Below are positions 12,878 to 27,257 of a stretch of 64,000 nucleotides of DNA, piece after piece. Each line of letters starts with the position of its first letter. Position 1 is the stretch's first letter. Source of the DNA: Zootoca vivipara (Eukaryota); NCBI RefSeq assembly GCF_963506605.1, contig NC_083282.1, positions 73,966,001 through 74,030,000 on the forward strand, written 5' to 3'. Under the pieces are notes generated by a model, which saw only the letters and a program-made list of their open reading frames with translations, was not told the DNA's origin and did no database searches. The position numbers and the translations under genes were made by a program.

Positions 12878-13444
12878 CAGGGGTCGGCAATTTTTTTTAG
12901 CTGTGGGCCGGTCCACTGTCCCTCAGACCTTGTGGCGGGCCGGAGAAGCAGCACCGGGGGAGGGGAGCTGGAAGAAGAGGCGAGGGGGGCAAGTAGTCCT
13001 CCCCAGCCGCTGCGCTTACTTTCCCAGGGGCTGCCGCCACCACCACCACCGCTGCTGCTGCTGCTTCTCATGGGTAGGCAGAGTGAGCTCGTCCGCTCCG
13101 CTCTCTGGCCCACAGGAGTACCAGGGCAGCAGCAGCAGCGACAGAGGGAAGATGAGCGGCGCGAAAGGGCTGGCTCCGGAGAGGGGCTGCTTAAAATGGC
13201 ACTCAGCCAGCTCAGCCTAGCCCCCCGCCCTCCTCTAGGCAGGGCGGGGAGAAGCCAGGGGGAGGGAGCGAGGAGGCACCGCCACGGTGTGTGTGAGGGA
13301 GGGGGGATGGAATGGCGCAGGGGGGGGAAATGGTGCAGCCCAAATGAACAGAATCCTCATGCCGATCCACGGACAGTCCGCGGGCCAGATCCTGAAGGCA
13401 ATTGGGCCTGATCCGGCCCACGGGCCTTAGTTTGCCGACCCCTG
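12878..13444. mobile_element. Non-autonomous hAT (Charlie-type) element with CpG-rich interior
   Basis: 13-bp TIR CAGGGGTCGGCAA / TTGCCGACCCCTG; exact 8-bp TSD GCTTAGCT (12870-12877, 13445-13452); subterminal sequence shared with elements at 27721 and 49632. Confidence 0.9.
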
Positions 13445-13780
13445 GCTTAGCTTATCCAACCGAGTAGCATTTTTTCTACCGACTTCAGATGCAGCATGCT
13501 TGTGTCCTTTTCTAGGATATAGTTTCTCCTTTATTTCTTATTCTCTCCTACCCCCCCCCCCCCGGGCTGCATGTATGTACTCTAATGTTATGTTCCGAGT
13601 ATTGCTTTATGCTCTTGTGTGTTTTTTTAATTAAAAAAAAAAACCTTTTGCTTTTGAGCTCTGTGTTCCCTTTTTATTATCACAATTTTTCTTTTCTTTT
13701 TTGTTTTGTTTTGTTTGTGTGCCTATTTCCTCCCCATTCCCAACCCTGCTTTCTTGGACTTCCAATGCTCCATACAGCAG

Positions 13781-13813
13781 CCAGATTTGGTTCAGATTCA
13801 AATGGCTCCAAAG
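13781..13813 (+). CDS. SRC: SRC neuronal N2 micro-exon orthologue (33 nt; SQIWFRFKWLQR)
   Basis: catacagcag|CCAGATTTGGTTCAGATTCAAATGGCTCCAAAG|gtattt. 33 nt, frame-preserving. The translation matches the human N2 insert SQTWFTFRWLQR (recalled) at 9/12. Lies between N1 and the next constitutive exon, after a long pyrimidine tract. Confidence 0.85.
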
Positions 13814-14759
13814 GTATTTTCAATGGGTACTTGACATGCCTTTTTAAGTAAGGAAATTCCTTATTTAAAAGGATCTTGTGTTATTTGTCATTTAACCAAA
13901 CTAATAAGGTGCCAGCTGTGGAATCTCAGATAATGACACAGTTCAGTTGCTATGGAGACCACCTTATTTGCTTGAGTTATCCTCATTACCGGCACTCCAG
14001 TCATGGGTTGAAGAGCTTGCTGCAAAGAAATCCTGCATTGTTTGATTGGAATATATCACATAAATCATGCAAAACTGTTTTTGTTGGGTGAATGGGTTTT
14101 TATTTAGTCAACATCCTCTTCTTTTTGTCTAAGCCAGGATGGCCAGTCCATGTTCTGCAAGCTAGGGATGGGCACTTCTGTCTATTTTGGTCTGTGTCCC
14201 TTTTGCATGGTTTCATCTGTAATTCCATTCCGATTCATTTCCACATTAATCTGTTTTTTTATTTAAAAAAAACCCCTCTCAATATTTATTTAAGTATGCA
14301 TTTTAATACATTTAATAATAATAAATGTATTTTGAAAGACTATAGATATTTAAAAGTGTATTTTGATACATTTAAATGTCCAAGAACAGTGTTGCAACTT
14401 TGGAGAAGTGCAAAATGCAATGAATAGCAAAATTCCATCCTGCAGATTGACCCCAAGTTATTTGTGCAGGAATTCGCAAAGGTTGAATTCCTCAAGCAAC
14501 TCTAGTGCAAATCAGATTTGGCTCCCAGCAGCCCTGCCAAATTTGAATGAATGTATGCTTAAGCCACCTTGGCAGAATTTTTATTCAGAAAGGTGGGATA
14601 TAAATGCCTTAACATAAATAATAATAACATTTCATAAACTGTATGTATTTTCTGTACATTTAATGTTGCTTTCTCTTATACCTTCTGGAAAAGCAAAGGG
14701 ATTGCCTACTGATCAGCTTCGAGGGGAGGGACAAGATTGTTCAGGAAGTACCTTCATGT

Positions 14760-14797
<38 letters not shown>

Positions 14798-14878
14798 CTG
14801 TTGGTTACCATCATCTTCTTTGTTGAGCTTCACCATCCACAAAGGGGTTACAGAATTCTGACCCACAAGCAAACATAG

Positions 14879-15154
<276 letters not shown>

Positions 15155-15992
15155 TAATTGAAATATTTTAGATAGTTTTTGATAAACAGTGCAATGCTTC
15201 TGCCAGGCCTTCTAGCTTCTAACCCAAGCCTTCTAGCCATAACGGTCAGGGGCACCCCTCATTTCCCCAGATAATTCCTGACTTTGTGTCACACATGTAT
15301 TGATCCTTTAGTTGCTGTGCGGAAGAGTGGTCTCAGACTGAACACTGTATCTAGAATTCTCGTATCACTTTGGACACAATGCTCTGAGGTTGAATCAGTT
15401 CACTCATACAGCTTTAAGCCAACTTCAGTGGTCAAGAGTGGAGTAATTGAGTGATGTGCATGGCTAATTGGGCCTATAGCAACTTGCTGGCTTTTAAGAT
15501 ATGATTAGTCTTTCCTTCCTATTAGATGTTCAGCGCCATTTTTGAAAAACACTGGTTTCTTCTGGGGGGGGGGACACACTAGTGAATACCACAGTATCTG
15601 AAAAAATAATGTCAATGATTGTATAAATCACATGCATCTCTCAGAGAGAGACCTAATGACTCGTGAACTGTTTACTATGTGTTTCTCACTCCCTACACCT
15701 GGCTTGGGGAACTTCGGGCCTTCAAGATGTTGTTTGACTACAACTCCCATCATCCTTCACCATTGACCATGATGGCTGAGGATAATGGGAGCTAGAGTCC
15801 AACCACCTCTAGAGAGTCACCTAGCCCTGCCCTCAGTGGACCTTTCATACCATCCAGTTCTGTTTATGAGGTACAGTTCTTAATGTCCTGCATGTACCTA
15901 CTGAAGCTATCCAGTTTATTTAATACTGAAGTTTGCTTTCCAACTAAGTCACTTTTGGATAGTGCACTACTGGATATTTCCACCTTACTAGT

Positions 15993-16330
15993 AGGTAAAA
16001 GGTAAAGGTAAAGGGACCCCTGACCATTAGGTCCAGTTGCAGACAACTCTGGGGTTGCAGTGCTCATCTCGCTTTATTAGCTGAGGGAGCCGACGTACAG
16101 CTTCCGGGTCATGTGTTCGCTTCTGGCGAACCAGAGCAGCACATGGAAACACCGTTTACCTTCCCACTGTAGCGGTACCTATTTATCTACTTGCACTTTG
16201 ACGTGCTTTCAAACTGCTAGGTTGGCAGGAGCAGGGACCGAGGAACAGGAGCTCACCCTGTCGCAGGGATTTGAACTGCCGACCTTCTGATTGGCAAGCC
16301 CTAGGCTCTGTGGTTTAACCCACAGCACCA
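15993..16330 (-). mobile_element. Sauria SINE (near full length)
   Basis: (AAAGGT)n on + = (ACCTTT)n tail; body GAGGGAGCCG..CAGCTTCCGGGTCATGTG..CCTATTTATCTACTTGCAC; tRNA-like head at the right end. Confidence 0.85.
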
Positions 16331-17913
16331 TTTTTTTTGAACTTCTGGGCAGTTTAGCATCTGACAGAAATATTTATGACTATAAAAATGAGCTTGCTCT
16401 ATGGTTTGTTACCTATAAAGACTCATTCATACATGGAGGTTACCATTTGATCATTAGAGTGGAATAAGTGTTTATGTATGAGTGCTAGCATGACATTGGT
16501 GTGCTTCTTAGAACGGGTTCAGAATCTTCAACATTTTTGCACACCGTCCAGGAAAATTTCACAGGATTTTGAAACACCTCCCAACTTGGTGGCCTGTTTC
16601 TCCAATCCTCGGATGACCTTTTGGCGAAGTGCCTGCTTGGAACGGGTTTTGTTTTTCACATTGCAGCTTTTGTGGCAAGGAGAATCTAGAAAACTGTGGT
16701 GACGAGCCCCCAACTTTCCAGTGATCTAACTTAATATCTGTAGATGGAATAAAAGTCTGTAAATTAGAACTCCTTCATACAAAATGCTCCCCCTCACACT
16801 GATATCACCCCTGTGTAAGAAACAATGTGCACCAAAGGAGCGGCGGATGATCAGGCCCTTATTAGAGAAACACTGTTGAATGAGTATTCAACACTTCTGG
16901 GGCCTAGTCTGGCCCATAGATGCCTCTCACAGGACCATGGATCAGGACAATGTTTTCCTGGCATGAAAACACATGAGCTTCCTTCAGCCTTGGTGTTCAC
17001 ATATTTATCAGGCTTTAAGGAGTTAAGAATCTAGCAGCCCTTGGCAAAATTTAGTGCATTTCAGAATGTCGTCTTTTATCCTAGGATAAGTGATTTATGT
17101 AAGAACTCAAAAAGAGCTCTGCTGGATCAGAACAAATGTCCATCTATTTTAGTATTGTTTGTTGGAAGAAGCTAGTCAGATGCCTCTGGGAAACCCACAA
17201 GCAGTGTGTGGAGTGTTCCTATTCAGCGCCTTCCTCCAGAAAACTGCAATCTTATTCTCCCACAACCTGCGTTTTCCAGTGTCCCCCCCCCCCCAAAAAA
17301 AGTCAGTCAGCATTTTATATTGACTGTACTTAATCCTTATTTGCACATTTTTGGGTTTCCCCATTTAGTTCCCCCCCCCCGCCCCCAGTGATATGTTACT
17401 TCTACAAACCTTCCCCCAAGCCTACCAACACCTCTTTTGTTTGTGGGCAGTGCTATTTTGGTAACATAAGCAATGACATTCATACTTGAACATTGAATAT
17501 TGGAAATAGGAATTGTAGCCTTTATACTCCATGAATTTGTCTAAAATCCTCTTTTAAAGCCAAGCGAGTCAGTGGTTTTCATCACATCTTATGACAGTGA
17601 TTTTTCACATATGAGTTATGCATTGTTGCACTTCTTTTTCCCTTTCTTTTTCCTGTCGCGAACCTGCTAATTAATTTCAAATTTGCAAGGTATTCCTGGG
17701 AAGGTCATAATTATTCTTATATTTTATAGAGCCCTACTTTCAAGCTCTTGACCCAAAGAATGAGAGCTTAGCACGTCAGTTCAAACATTCAGAAGAAAAG
17801 TGTGTAGTCTTGCTTCCTGTTGGTCAGAAGCCCTTGGCCCAGGCACTTGCCATGTAGAAGTTGTGCACTAATAAGAAGATTGATCCTTCAATATTTAAAA
17901 AAGTTAACAGTGA

Positions 17914-18210
<297 letters not shown>

Positions 18211-18425
18211 TGATAGCTGAAGTACATTCTTTGTTTCCAAGTTTAAATTGGGAAGTAAAGCCCAAAAGACTTACTTTAGCAGGTGTAAGAATTTGGTGGC
18301 CTCAGATGATCAATAAAGTGTGTTTCTGGGCAAGTCGCCATTCTGACTCAACCAGAGATGCACTAAAGAGCTGCTTCCAAGTGCAGGTATTTCTGCTGCA
18401 AAGGGAGGGTGAGGAGGGGCCTACA

Positions 18426-18553
18426 CAGGTCCGGCTCTAGGGGTAGGCTGGGTGGCGCGGGGCGACAGGGTGCCGCGCTGCGCCCGCCCACCAGGACGGG
18501 GGCGACAGAGTGATCGCCGCACCAGGGCGCCCGACATGCTTGAGATGGCCCTG
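18426..18553. mobile_element. Short GC-rich hAT-like MITE
   Basis: CAGGTCCGGCTCTAG ... CTTGAGATGGCCCTG termini; exact 8-bp TSD GGCCTACA (18418-18425, 18554-18561). Confidence 0.8.
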
Positions 18554-21014
18554 GGCCTACAGACACAAGGATATGGACGCCCTTGGGCTGCTGAAACTAC
18601 TTGGGGAAAATTCAGAATGTTAGTATGAACTTGCTCCAGCTGGTCTCTTATCTTGAGATACTTAACTATGATAATAACAAGCAATAATAATTGGTGAGTA
18701 ACGCTGGCATTTCAACATTATAGCTGCCACAAATGTGCGTGGACTCACTTTTCATTCTGGATAGTTCTACAGCATTGGAAGTTTTCAATTCCAGAGCCTG
18801 GAGCTTGTACAGTCCTCTGGTCCTTTTTAGTTCTGGCCCAAGGCTCTTAATATCAGGTATCTTAACTCAAGAGTGTGTGTTATTGTTATGTCCATGTTCC
18901 CCTCCTCACCCTCACCCTCTCTCCTTGTATGCTAGCCATAGTCTGTTCTATTAACCAATCAGTAATCTCTCTGACTCCCGCCCTGTTCTGATTTGATTGG
19001 TGGAGAACTGGATGGGATTTAAATATCTAACGTAAACAGAGATTCTGGTCCTGTGCCTGTCCTCTTTACAAGGGAATGGTGCTGAAACTGGGTCACTGAG
19101 CTGGGAATAGCTGGGTAACCAATGGCAACAAGGAACTCTGCAGTTCCCTCCTATCCTTGCTGCCAGGGGCAGTTTGTTGTTGCGTTTATAGGAGCTGTTT
19201 AATGAAGTTTGTGTTTGGGTGTGAGTGGCATTGTAGGAACCAGTTGGTGGTAGCAACACACGCGTGCCAGAAATAAAAGCCATGTGAGCAGAGTTTAGCT
19301 CAGGATGTCCTTTGCCCTGCCCTTCCCATTTCTGTCATATGTGACTGGCATGTCAAGAAGGGCATAAGCGCATGGAGGGATCAAGCATCATTGCTGTGAG
19401 CAGGTCAGGTATTTATTAGGGTGAGGAGAGAGGCACTGGAGATATAGCAGGAGCATGTGGTTACGGCACTTCAGCAGTGACAGAATGTCTGCCAGGCATA
19501 TTCTGTTCAATATATTCAACTCAAGATTTCCCTGCTCTTCTCTGAAATTATCTCCGATGCCATATATACAAAATCCTCATGTGCGATCAACCCAGGAAAC
19601 TAGCTTCTAGTTCTTGTGGATGTGAGAATAGATTTGAGAATTCAGTTGTGTAAGCTGGAGAAATGGCTAAACAACATTTCCAGATGTTGGAGGAAGACCT
19701 TGGTGCTGTGCGTGATCCCTAGCTCCTCCTCATGACTAGTAGAAGCATAAAAATTTAAACAAAAACGGAAAAGCATGCTTAATTTGAATAATTCATGCAG
19801 GTTGCAGAGTTCAGCTTTTTCTCACTTCAGAATCTGGATATCCGGTGCTGTTGCCAATTATCTCTGCATAGAAAGTTTTGCCCATGCAACCTCAGTAACC
19901 TGGTGGTTTATTAGGTTGTGGATGTTTTTGCCTGGAACTAAAGTTGGGAGCTGACATACAAATAATGTGTGATGTGTAAGACACTCTGTGGCTAGCCATG
20001 GAGCAGAAGGAATGGGGTGGTGGTGATTCCATTGAGGACAAAAGCAGCAGCCAATGTGACCAGGATGTCTTTTTAACAGGGATCACTCTCTAAATTCATT
20101 TGCACAACAGAAGCTCTAGTTTCTTTTCTTCCCCCTTAGCCTCCAGAGGGGGCCCCCATCTACTCTGGAGCCCCCCCCCACCCTCTGGAGCAGATGTTAG
20201 GAACATACAAGAAACCAAAGGAGAGGAAGAGTTAATACTGTAATCCTATGTTTTACTAATGGCCTTAAACTTTACAGAACATTAATATCGCATTCAGGTA
20301 CTAAATAGTTCATTCACATTCTTAATTGCGGTCAATGTATAGCAGGTACCACACAAGAAATTGAGGAATGAGCTCTTTTCAAAAGCCAGTTTCAAAAATG
20401 CTGCTGTCCTGTGTTTTGAAAACCTTTGCCCAATAATCCTAGCTTCCACAGAACTTGTGTCAGCTTTTGGGTGTTAACGCAACAACAGTTTCCCCATATA
20501 ATTGGTGCATAGCATTAGCAATACAGGAAGAAAGGACAATTCCCTATAGATTTGCTGCCAGTACCTATTTCCCTCCCCTTGAGGTGCTGCAGCAAAGGTC
20601 TCTGAGGTTTACGTTAACCCTGCACAAATTAGCTGCTGAAGTTTGACAGGATCAGAGTGGAAGCTGAGCCAGCTGGAGGCCATAATTAGACAGACCTGGC
20701 CTTGCCAGCTGCTTTTGTTCTTCAAAGGTATCTACTCTGCATCCTGCCCCCCTCCCTTCATATGAATTCTGCTGTGAAGTTACTAATCTGCTGACGGCAG
20801 CACCAGCTCTCTTTCATGGACATGTCATGAGGACATGTGAGAGGCTTCCTTGAAAACCTGTGTGTTCAACATTTTCCCCATCCTAAAGTGCCACAAGGAA
20901 ATGATGAATAGATAAGGTTTTTAATCTATTAGTTTTCCTATACTTGGTTCTCATTTTTTACAAGATGGACCATCTCACATCTGTGCTGGCTGAATCAGGG
21001 TATATGCATATGCT

Positions 21015-21298
21015 ACATAGGGACATGGGAAGCTGCTTTTTATTGAGCCAGACGATAGGTCCATCTAGCTGAGTACTGTCAATGTTGATAGACAACATAC
21101 TTCTAGAATCTCGGGCGGGTCTCTCCTGACCTACCTGGAGATGCCAGAGATTGAGCCTGGGACCTTTGGTTTGCAAAGAAGACATCTGAAGGCAGCCTTG
21201 TTTAGGGAAGTTTTTAATGACTGATGTCTTAATGTATTTTTAATCTTTTGTTGGAAGCCGCCCAGATGGGCAGGATATAAATAATATATTATTATTAC

Positions 21299-21329
<31 letters not shown>

Positions 21330-21361
21330 TAATCAGGGACTCTACCACTGAGCTACAGTCC
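21015..21361 (-). mobile_element. tRNA-derived SINE (- strand) interrupted by an L2 3' end (+ strand, ~21179-21332, (TTA)n tail)
   Basis: SINE head ...GGGACCTTTGGTTTGCAAAG / CAGGGACTCTACCACTGAGCTACAG is split by GACATCTGAAGGCAGCC...GGAAGCCGCCCAG..(TTA)n, which matches the L2 end at 44100-44270 in reverse. Confidence 0.65.
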
Positions 21362-21394
21362 TTCACCTCTTCTTTGTTCCTTGGGCATCTAAAC

Positions 21395-21530
21395 CAGGGT
21401 TTCCCAAACTTGGGTCTCCAGCTGTTTTTGGACTACAATTCCCATCATCTCTGACCACTGGTCCTGCTAGCTAGGGATAATGGGAGTTGTCACCCAAAAA
21501 CAACTGGAGACCCAAGTTTGAGAAACACTG
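21395..21530. mobile_element. Palindromic hAT MITE (same core as 1102)
   Basis: Inverted arms TTTCCCAAACTTGGGTCTCCAG / CTGGAGACCCAAGTTTGAGAAA around the GGACTACAATTCCCATCATC core. Confidence 0.8.
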
Positions 21531-21683
21531 ATCGATTCTAAACCTTTGCAATGCTGTTAATATTTTATTCTAACCTTTGAAATAATAAATAATGCTATTC
21601 TCTTGGTAGTCAGTTCCGCTACGTATTGGCTGCGAAGTATCTCTTAAACCCAATCCTGAGCTGTTTCTGCTTTTTTCTGGTAG

Positions 21684-21833
21684 GTGCCTATTGCCTCTCT
21701 GTCTCAGATTTTGACAATGCCAAAGGACTCAACGTGAAGCATTACAAGATCCGCAAGCTAGACAACGGTGGCTTCTACATCACTTCCCGCACACAGTTCA
21801 GCAGCCTTCAGCAACTGGTGGCCTATTACTCCA
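21684..21833 (+). CDS. SRC: SRC coding exon, SH2 ([50 protein letters not shown])
   Basis: 150 nt, ctggtag|GT...TCCA|gtaagt. Confidence 0.97.
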
Positions 21834-22074
21834 GTAAGTGCCATTTCGGCTTCTGATAATGCAGAATTTCTTTGCAGAATACAGAGGCTCTGTCTAAGGT
21901 ACCTTGAACTAAAAAGCAAAAGTGAACCTGCTTGGACAGCATCTTATGGGCACCATACGTACTTAAAGAGATTGCCACCCCCTACCATAAAACAGCATAT
22001 TGGCTCCATATATTGGCTCCCTGTATATTATTCCATGATAATTAAGCAGACTGATCCACCATGATTTTGAGCAT

Positions 22075-22214
22075 CAGTGTGTCTGGCTTGTAACCAGAAG
22101 GTTGGTGGTTCGAGCCCACCCAGGGATGGTTGTGGGCAGAATTTCCTGCATTGCAGGGGGTTGGACTAGATGACCCTGAGAGCCCTTCCAACTCTAGAGT
22201 TCTATGATTCCATG
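22075..22214 (+). mobile_element. tRNA-head SINE with CR1-derived tail
   Basis: Box B GGTTCGAGCCC followed by the CR1 3' end CCTGCATTGCAGGGGGTTGGACTAGATGACC..CCCTTCCAACTCT..TTCTATGATTC. Confidence 0.65.
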
Positions 22215-23214
22215 AAATCAAAAGGTTGCAATGGTATTATAGTCCAGCTGCCACTGCACCACAAAGCTGCAAATCTCAGTTTGCCTGATGTCAAGCAGGA
22301 TGGCAAGGCTGAACAAGGTGCGCCCTTTCAATAGGTTTCTGCTGCAGAAGAAAATAAGTTGGAAAGATACATATTTTCTGGATACTTCTGACTTGGGTAG
22401 ACACTGGCAGAGTGTTAGAGACAGGAAGTGATTGTCAGGTGACGGTGGTGAAGAATGGTAAATAGTGCAAGAGAGAGCTGGGATGAAAAAAGAAAGTCGG
22501 TTTACATTTGGTAATTGAGATGGTAGGGAAAAGAAGCTGGGCAGCTTCTTGGATGATGTCCTTTCTTCAGACATAGATGGTTCTGATCATGTTGGTTGTA
22601 CTTCATTGCATCCAAGGAAATATGCAGTTCCTAATTGAATTATGGGATTATTGTTTGCTGTGAACTGGCCCTAAATTGACCTGCCACTTACTGAGTCCCA
22701 ACTGAACAACCATTTAGTTGTCTTCAGAGCTGCAAGATATTAGTTGTTTCCAAAAAAATGTGCACTTCTACCTGATAATGTAGAATTGTGGGCAACTATG
22801 AAATGGTTATAAGATTCTGGCAGCAACCTGGAAATTCTGGTGGGCAATCGGTATGAAATCAGACCAAGACATATATATCTGACTTTCATAACTGTATTTT
22901 AAGATTTTAAAATCTTTCACTTCTTAGCATGGTAAGATGTTTGATGAATCATAGATAGTGCTTCTGAACTTGTGATAGGTTTCTTTCTTTTATGTTGGAG
23001 TCAGTATATGGCATTATGAACCTGGTTCTAAGAGGACTCTTTTTGGGAAATTACTGTTTTTTGCAATTTCTTTTCTCTGAGTTAGGTAGAACAATTAAGT
23101 AGGGCAATGAATCCTTATAGGAAATGCAGTCTGAGACACCTTAGAAAGTGTTCTGGTGCTTGTCCCATTTAAGTGCTTCCTTGGGATTTGAAGAACATTT
23201 TATATAGAAAAATC

Positions 23215-23219
23215 TCACA

Positions 23220-23296
<77 letters not shown>
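23215..23296. repeat. Compound microsatellite (CA)n(GA)n
   Basis: Seen directly. Confidence 0.95.
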
Positions 23297-23298
<2 letters not shown>

Positions 23299-23407
23299 AG
23301 AAATAGAGACTCAAGGAGATTCAAACTGGGTTTGAGAAGGAGAGAAATAGTTCCATATTCTTAAGACACGTTTCACTTAAAGTGATGTTTCTTATGCCGT
23401 ATTGTGA

Positions 23408-23596
<189 letters not shown>

Positions 23597-23758
23597 TAGC
23601 AGGTACCTGAGCCACAAAGTTCGCCTTCTAGCCCGATGGGCATATTTCAGGCCATGTCTTTCAGCAAGGGGAAATTAGGCAAGGCCCCCGGCTGCACAAT
23701 CTGTAGGAGGCATGGTACTAGCTTAAGTGTTCATTAGTGAAAAGGATGCCTTTGTTAA

Positions 23759-24052
<294 letters not shown>

Positions 24053-24155
24053 TAATGTTGGGAGCAGAAACATTTTACCCAGTCATTCAGAACAGGCAGC
24101 ATTTGGAAAATGAGCTTGTCAATTAGGCACCATCTAAGCACCAATTCACATAACC

Positions 24156-24297
24156 CAGGCATGGCCAAATGTGGCCCTCCAGATGTTTTGGGACTACAAC
24201 TCCCATCATCCCTAGCTACCGGTAACAGGACCAGTGGTCAAGGGTGATGGGAATTGTAGTCCCAAAACATCTGGAGAGCCACATTTGGCCATGCCTG
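24156..24297. mobile_element. Palindromic hAT MITE
   Basis: CAGGCATGGCCAAATGTGGC / GCCACATTTGGCCATGCCTG; TSD ACATAACC/ACATAGCC (7/8). Confidence 0.85.
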
Positions 24298-24719
24298 ACA
24301 TAGCCAAAAGGATGTGTTACAGATGTGGGCTGAATGGATTTACGCGGTTGTTTGTGTGGTTTTATTGTATCTGTGTGGGGTTTATTACCTGTTTGTTTGT
24401 AAATTGCTTTGGGTTGCTCTAGGCAAGATAAAAGTGACTTTAACCAATTTAATAAATAAGAATAAGCACTGAAGAGGCCTTGTGATTGTTTGGCAAACAA
24501 TTCAACCCTTGCTTCCCATGTTGCTGCAACATTTGGGGAGTGTAAATTACAGTTCAATCAAGATGTGAGGAAAAACTAATGAAGGGTTTTTGTTAAGGCT
24601 TAAATTCTTTCTACACTCTTTAAAAAACAGCTCGTTGGCTCAGTTAAATTGTATTGTTTGCTCTGTGAGATTAAAACAGCTGCAAATTCTGCAGAGGGAA
24701 AACATCTGCAAAAGTTTAG

Positions 24720-24890
<171 letters not shown>

Positions 24891-25215
24891 TAGGATGCTG
24901 CTTTTCCAGATCTGTATGACTCTAGGCCACTGTTGGAAGATTGCCTATTTCACATGTTTGCCTATAATAGTATCTCCCTGCATACAAATATTTAGCATGA
25001 CAACTAGCTGTTGTAAAATCTGTCTCCCTGACATGCTGCTTTTCTGTTGGTGGGGGGTGTTACTGGCGAAGCATTTTCCAGTGCCCTTTGGTTTCCTTCA
25101 AATCTATATAAGATCTCTGACCATGTCTTGCTCCCTTTTTGGCATTCGAGCCTCTTCCCATATCTCATTTTCTGTGTGCGCCAGCTGAGACAGAGTGCTG
25201 ATGAACATCTGTTTC

Positions 25216-25766
25216 TTTCTTTTTCTTTTTAAACATAATCTTTATTAAATTTACCGAATAAACACTGGTACAAATCAATAAATTTTGTCAACATTTCCAG
25301 TTGTTTTCTTATAGTGTATATGATATCAATTATATTTCACAGCCTAAAAAATGGTAGACAAAATAAATCACATATCTTGAAATAAACCTATGAAGAGATT
25401 TTTTTAAAAAAAGAGGGGAGAGGAAAAAAGAAAAGAAAAAAAAGAAAAGAAAAAAGCAAAAAAGAAATGTGTGTGTGTGTGTGTGTGTGTATCAATTCCA
25501 ATCATATTTCTAATATTATGGTTCTGCAACTTCCCTTCTTCTTCTTCTGTTTCTAACAGTCTTCCCTTTTTTTGGTGTTGTATCTTTCATTATCCATATA
25601 CAATTTTTATTTCTTATTTTATAAATATGCCTAGGTGAAATATTTACAATATTTTAACATATATTTTCTTAAAGACCTTACGACACTTGGCATTGCTTTG
25701 GTCATACATCTTAATTGTTCTTGTTCCTCAAACTGACTATTAAGGGTTTGTGGTGCGGTTTTTGTC
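25216..25766 (-). mobile_element. 5'-truncated retrotransposed insert (L1/Tx1-like 3' UTR or retrocopy)
   Basis: Exact 16-bp TSD GATGAACATCTGTTTC (25200-25215, 25767-25782); T-rich left end with TTTATT at ~25240 = poly(A) signal and A-rich tail on the - strand. Confidence 0.75.
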
Positions 25767-25949
25767 GATGAACATCTGTTTCAGTCAATGCAACATTAGC
25801 AGCTATGCAAGATAGGCAGCCCACCTGATATTGGCTGACAAATACCTCCTTTTTCATAGGTTTAGCTTCATTCAGTCCCTTTACTTTTCAAGAGAACTGT
25901 AGGTTCATTTGACTCCAAGTTCATTGCTTTTGCTGGTTGGTTTGATATT

Positions 25950-25951
<2 letters not shown>

Positions 25952-25999
<48 letters not shown>
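25952..25999. repeat. (AC)n microsatellite
   Basis: Seen directly. Confidence 0.95.
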
Positions 26000-26001
<2 letters not shown>

Positions 26002-26149
26002 CTTTACTACATTAGTCTATATCTTCAATAGTTACCTGATTCCTGGTAACCCTGGGCTGACTAGATGGCTGAATAGAGCTGGCTGATTTGACTAATGCTT
26101 TATGGGTAAGCTCTGATAGATCATAATAATCATTAAAGCAAATTTGTAT

Positions 26150-26870
<721 letters not shown>

Positions 26871-26960
26871 TGACAAATTGCTGAGTACATTTCTATGATT
26901 CTATGCCCTGGATTCCTACACTTTTGCTATTGCCGGTGAATGATGCAGAAGTAGTGGTAG

Positions 26961-27257
<297 letters not shown>

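Noticed and set aside
12877-13421. Overlapping GC-rich ORFs up to 159 aa, or a CpG-island first exon
   Set aside because: Entirely within a TIR/TSD-bounded transposon; stop codons are scarce because of GC content.
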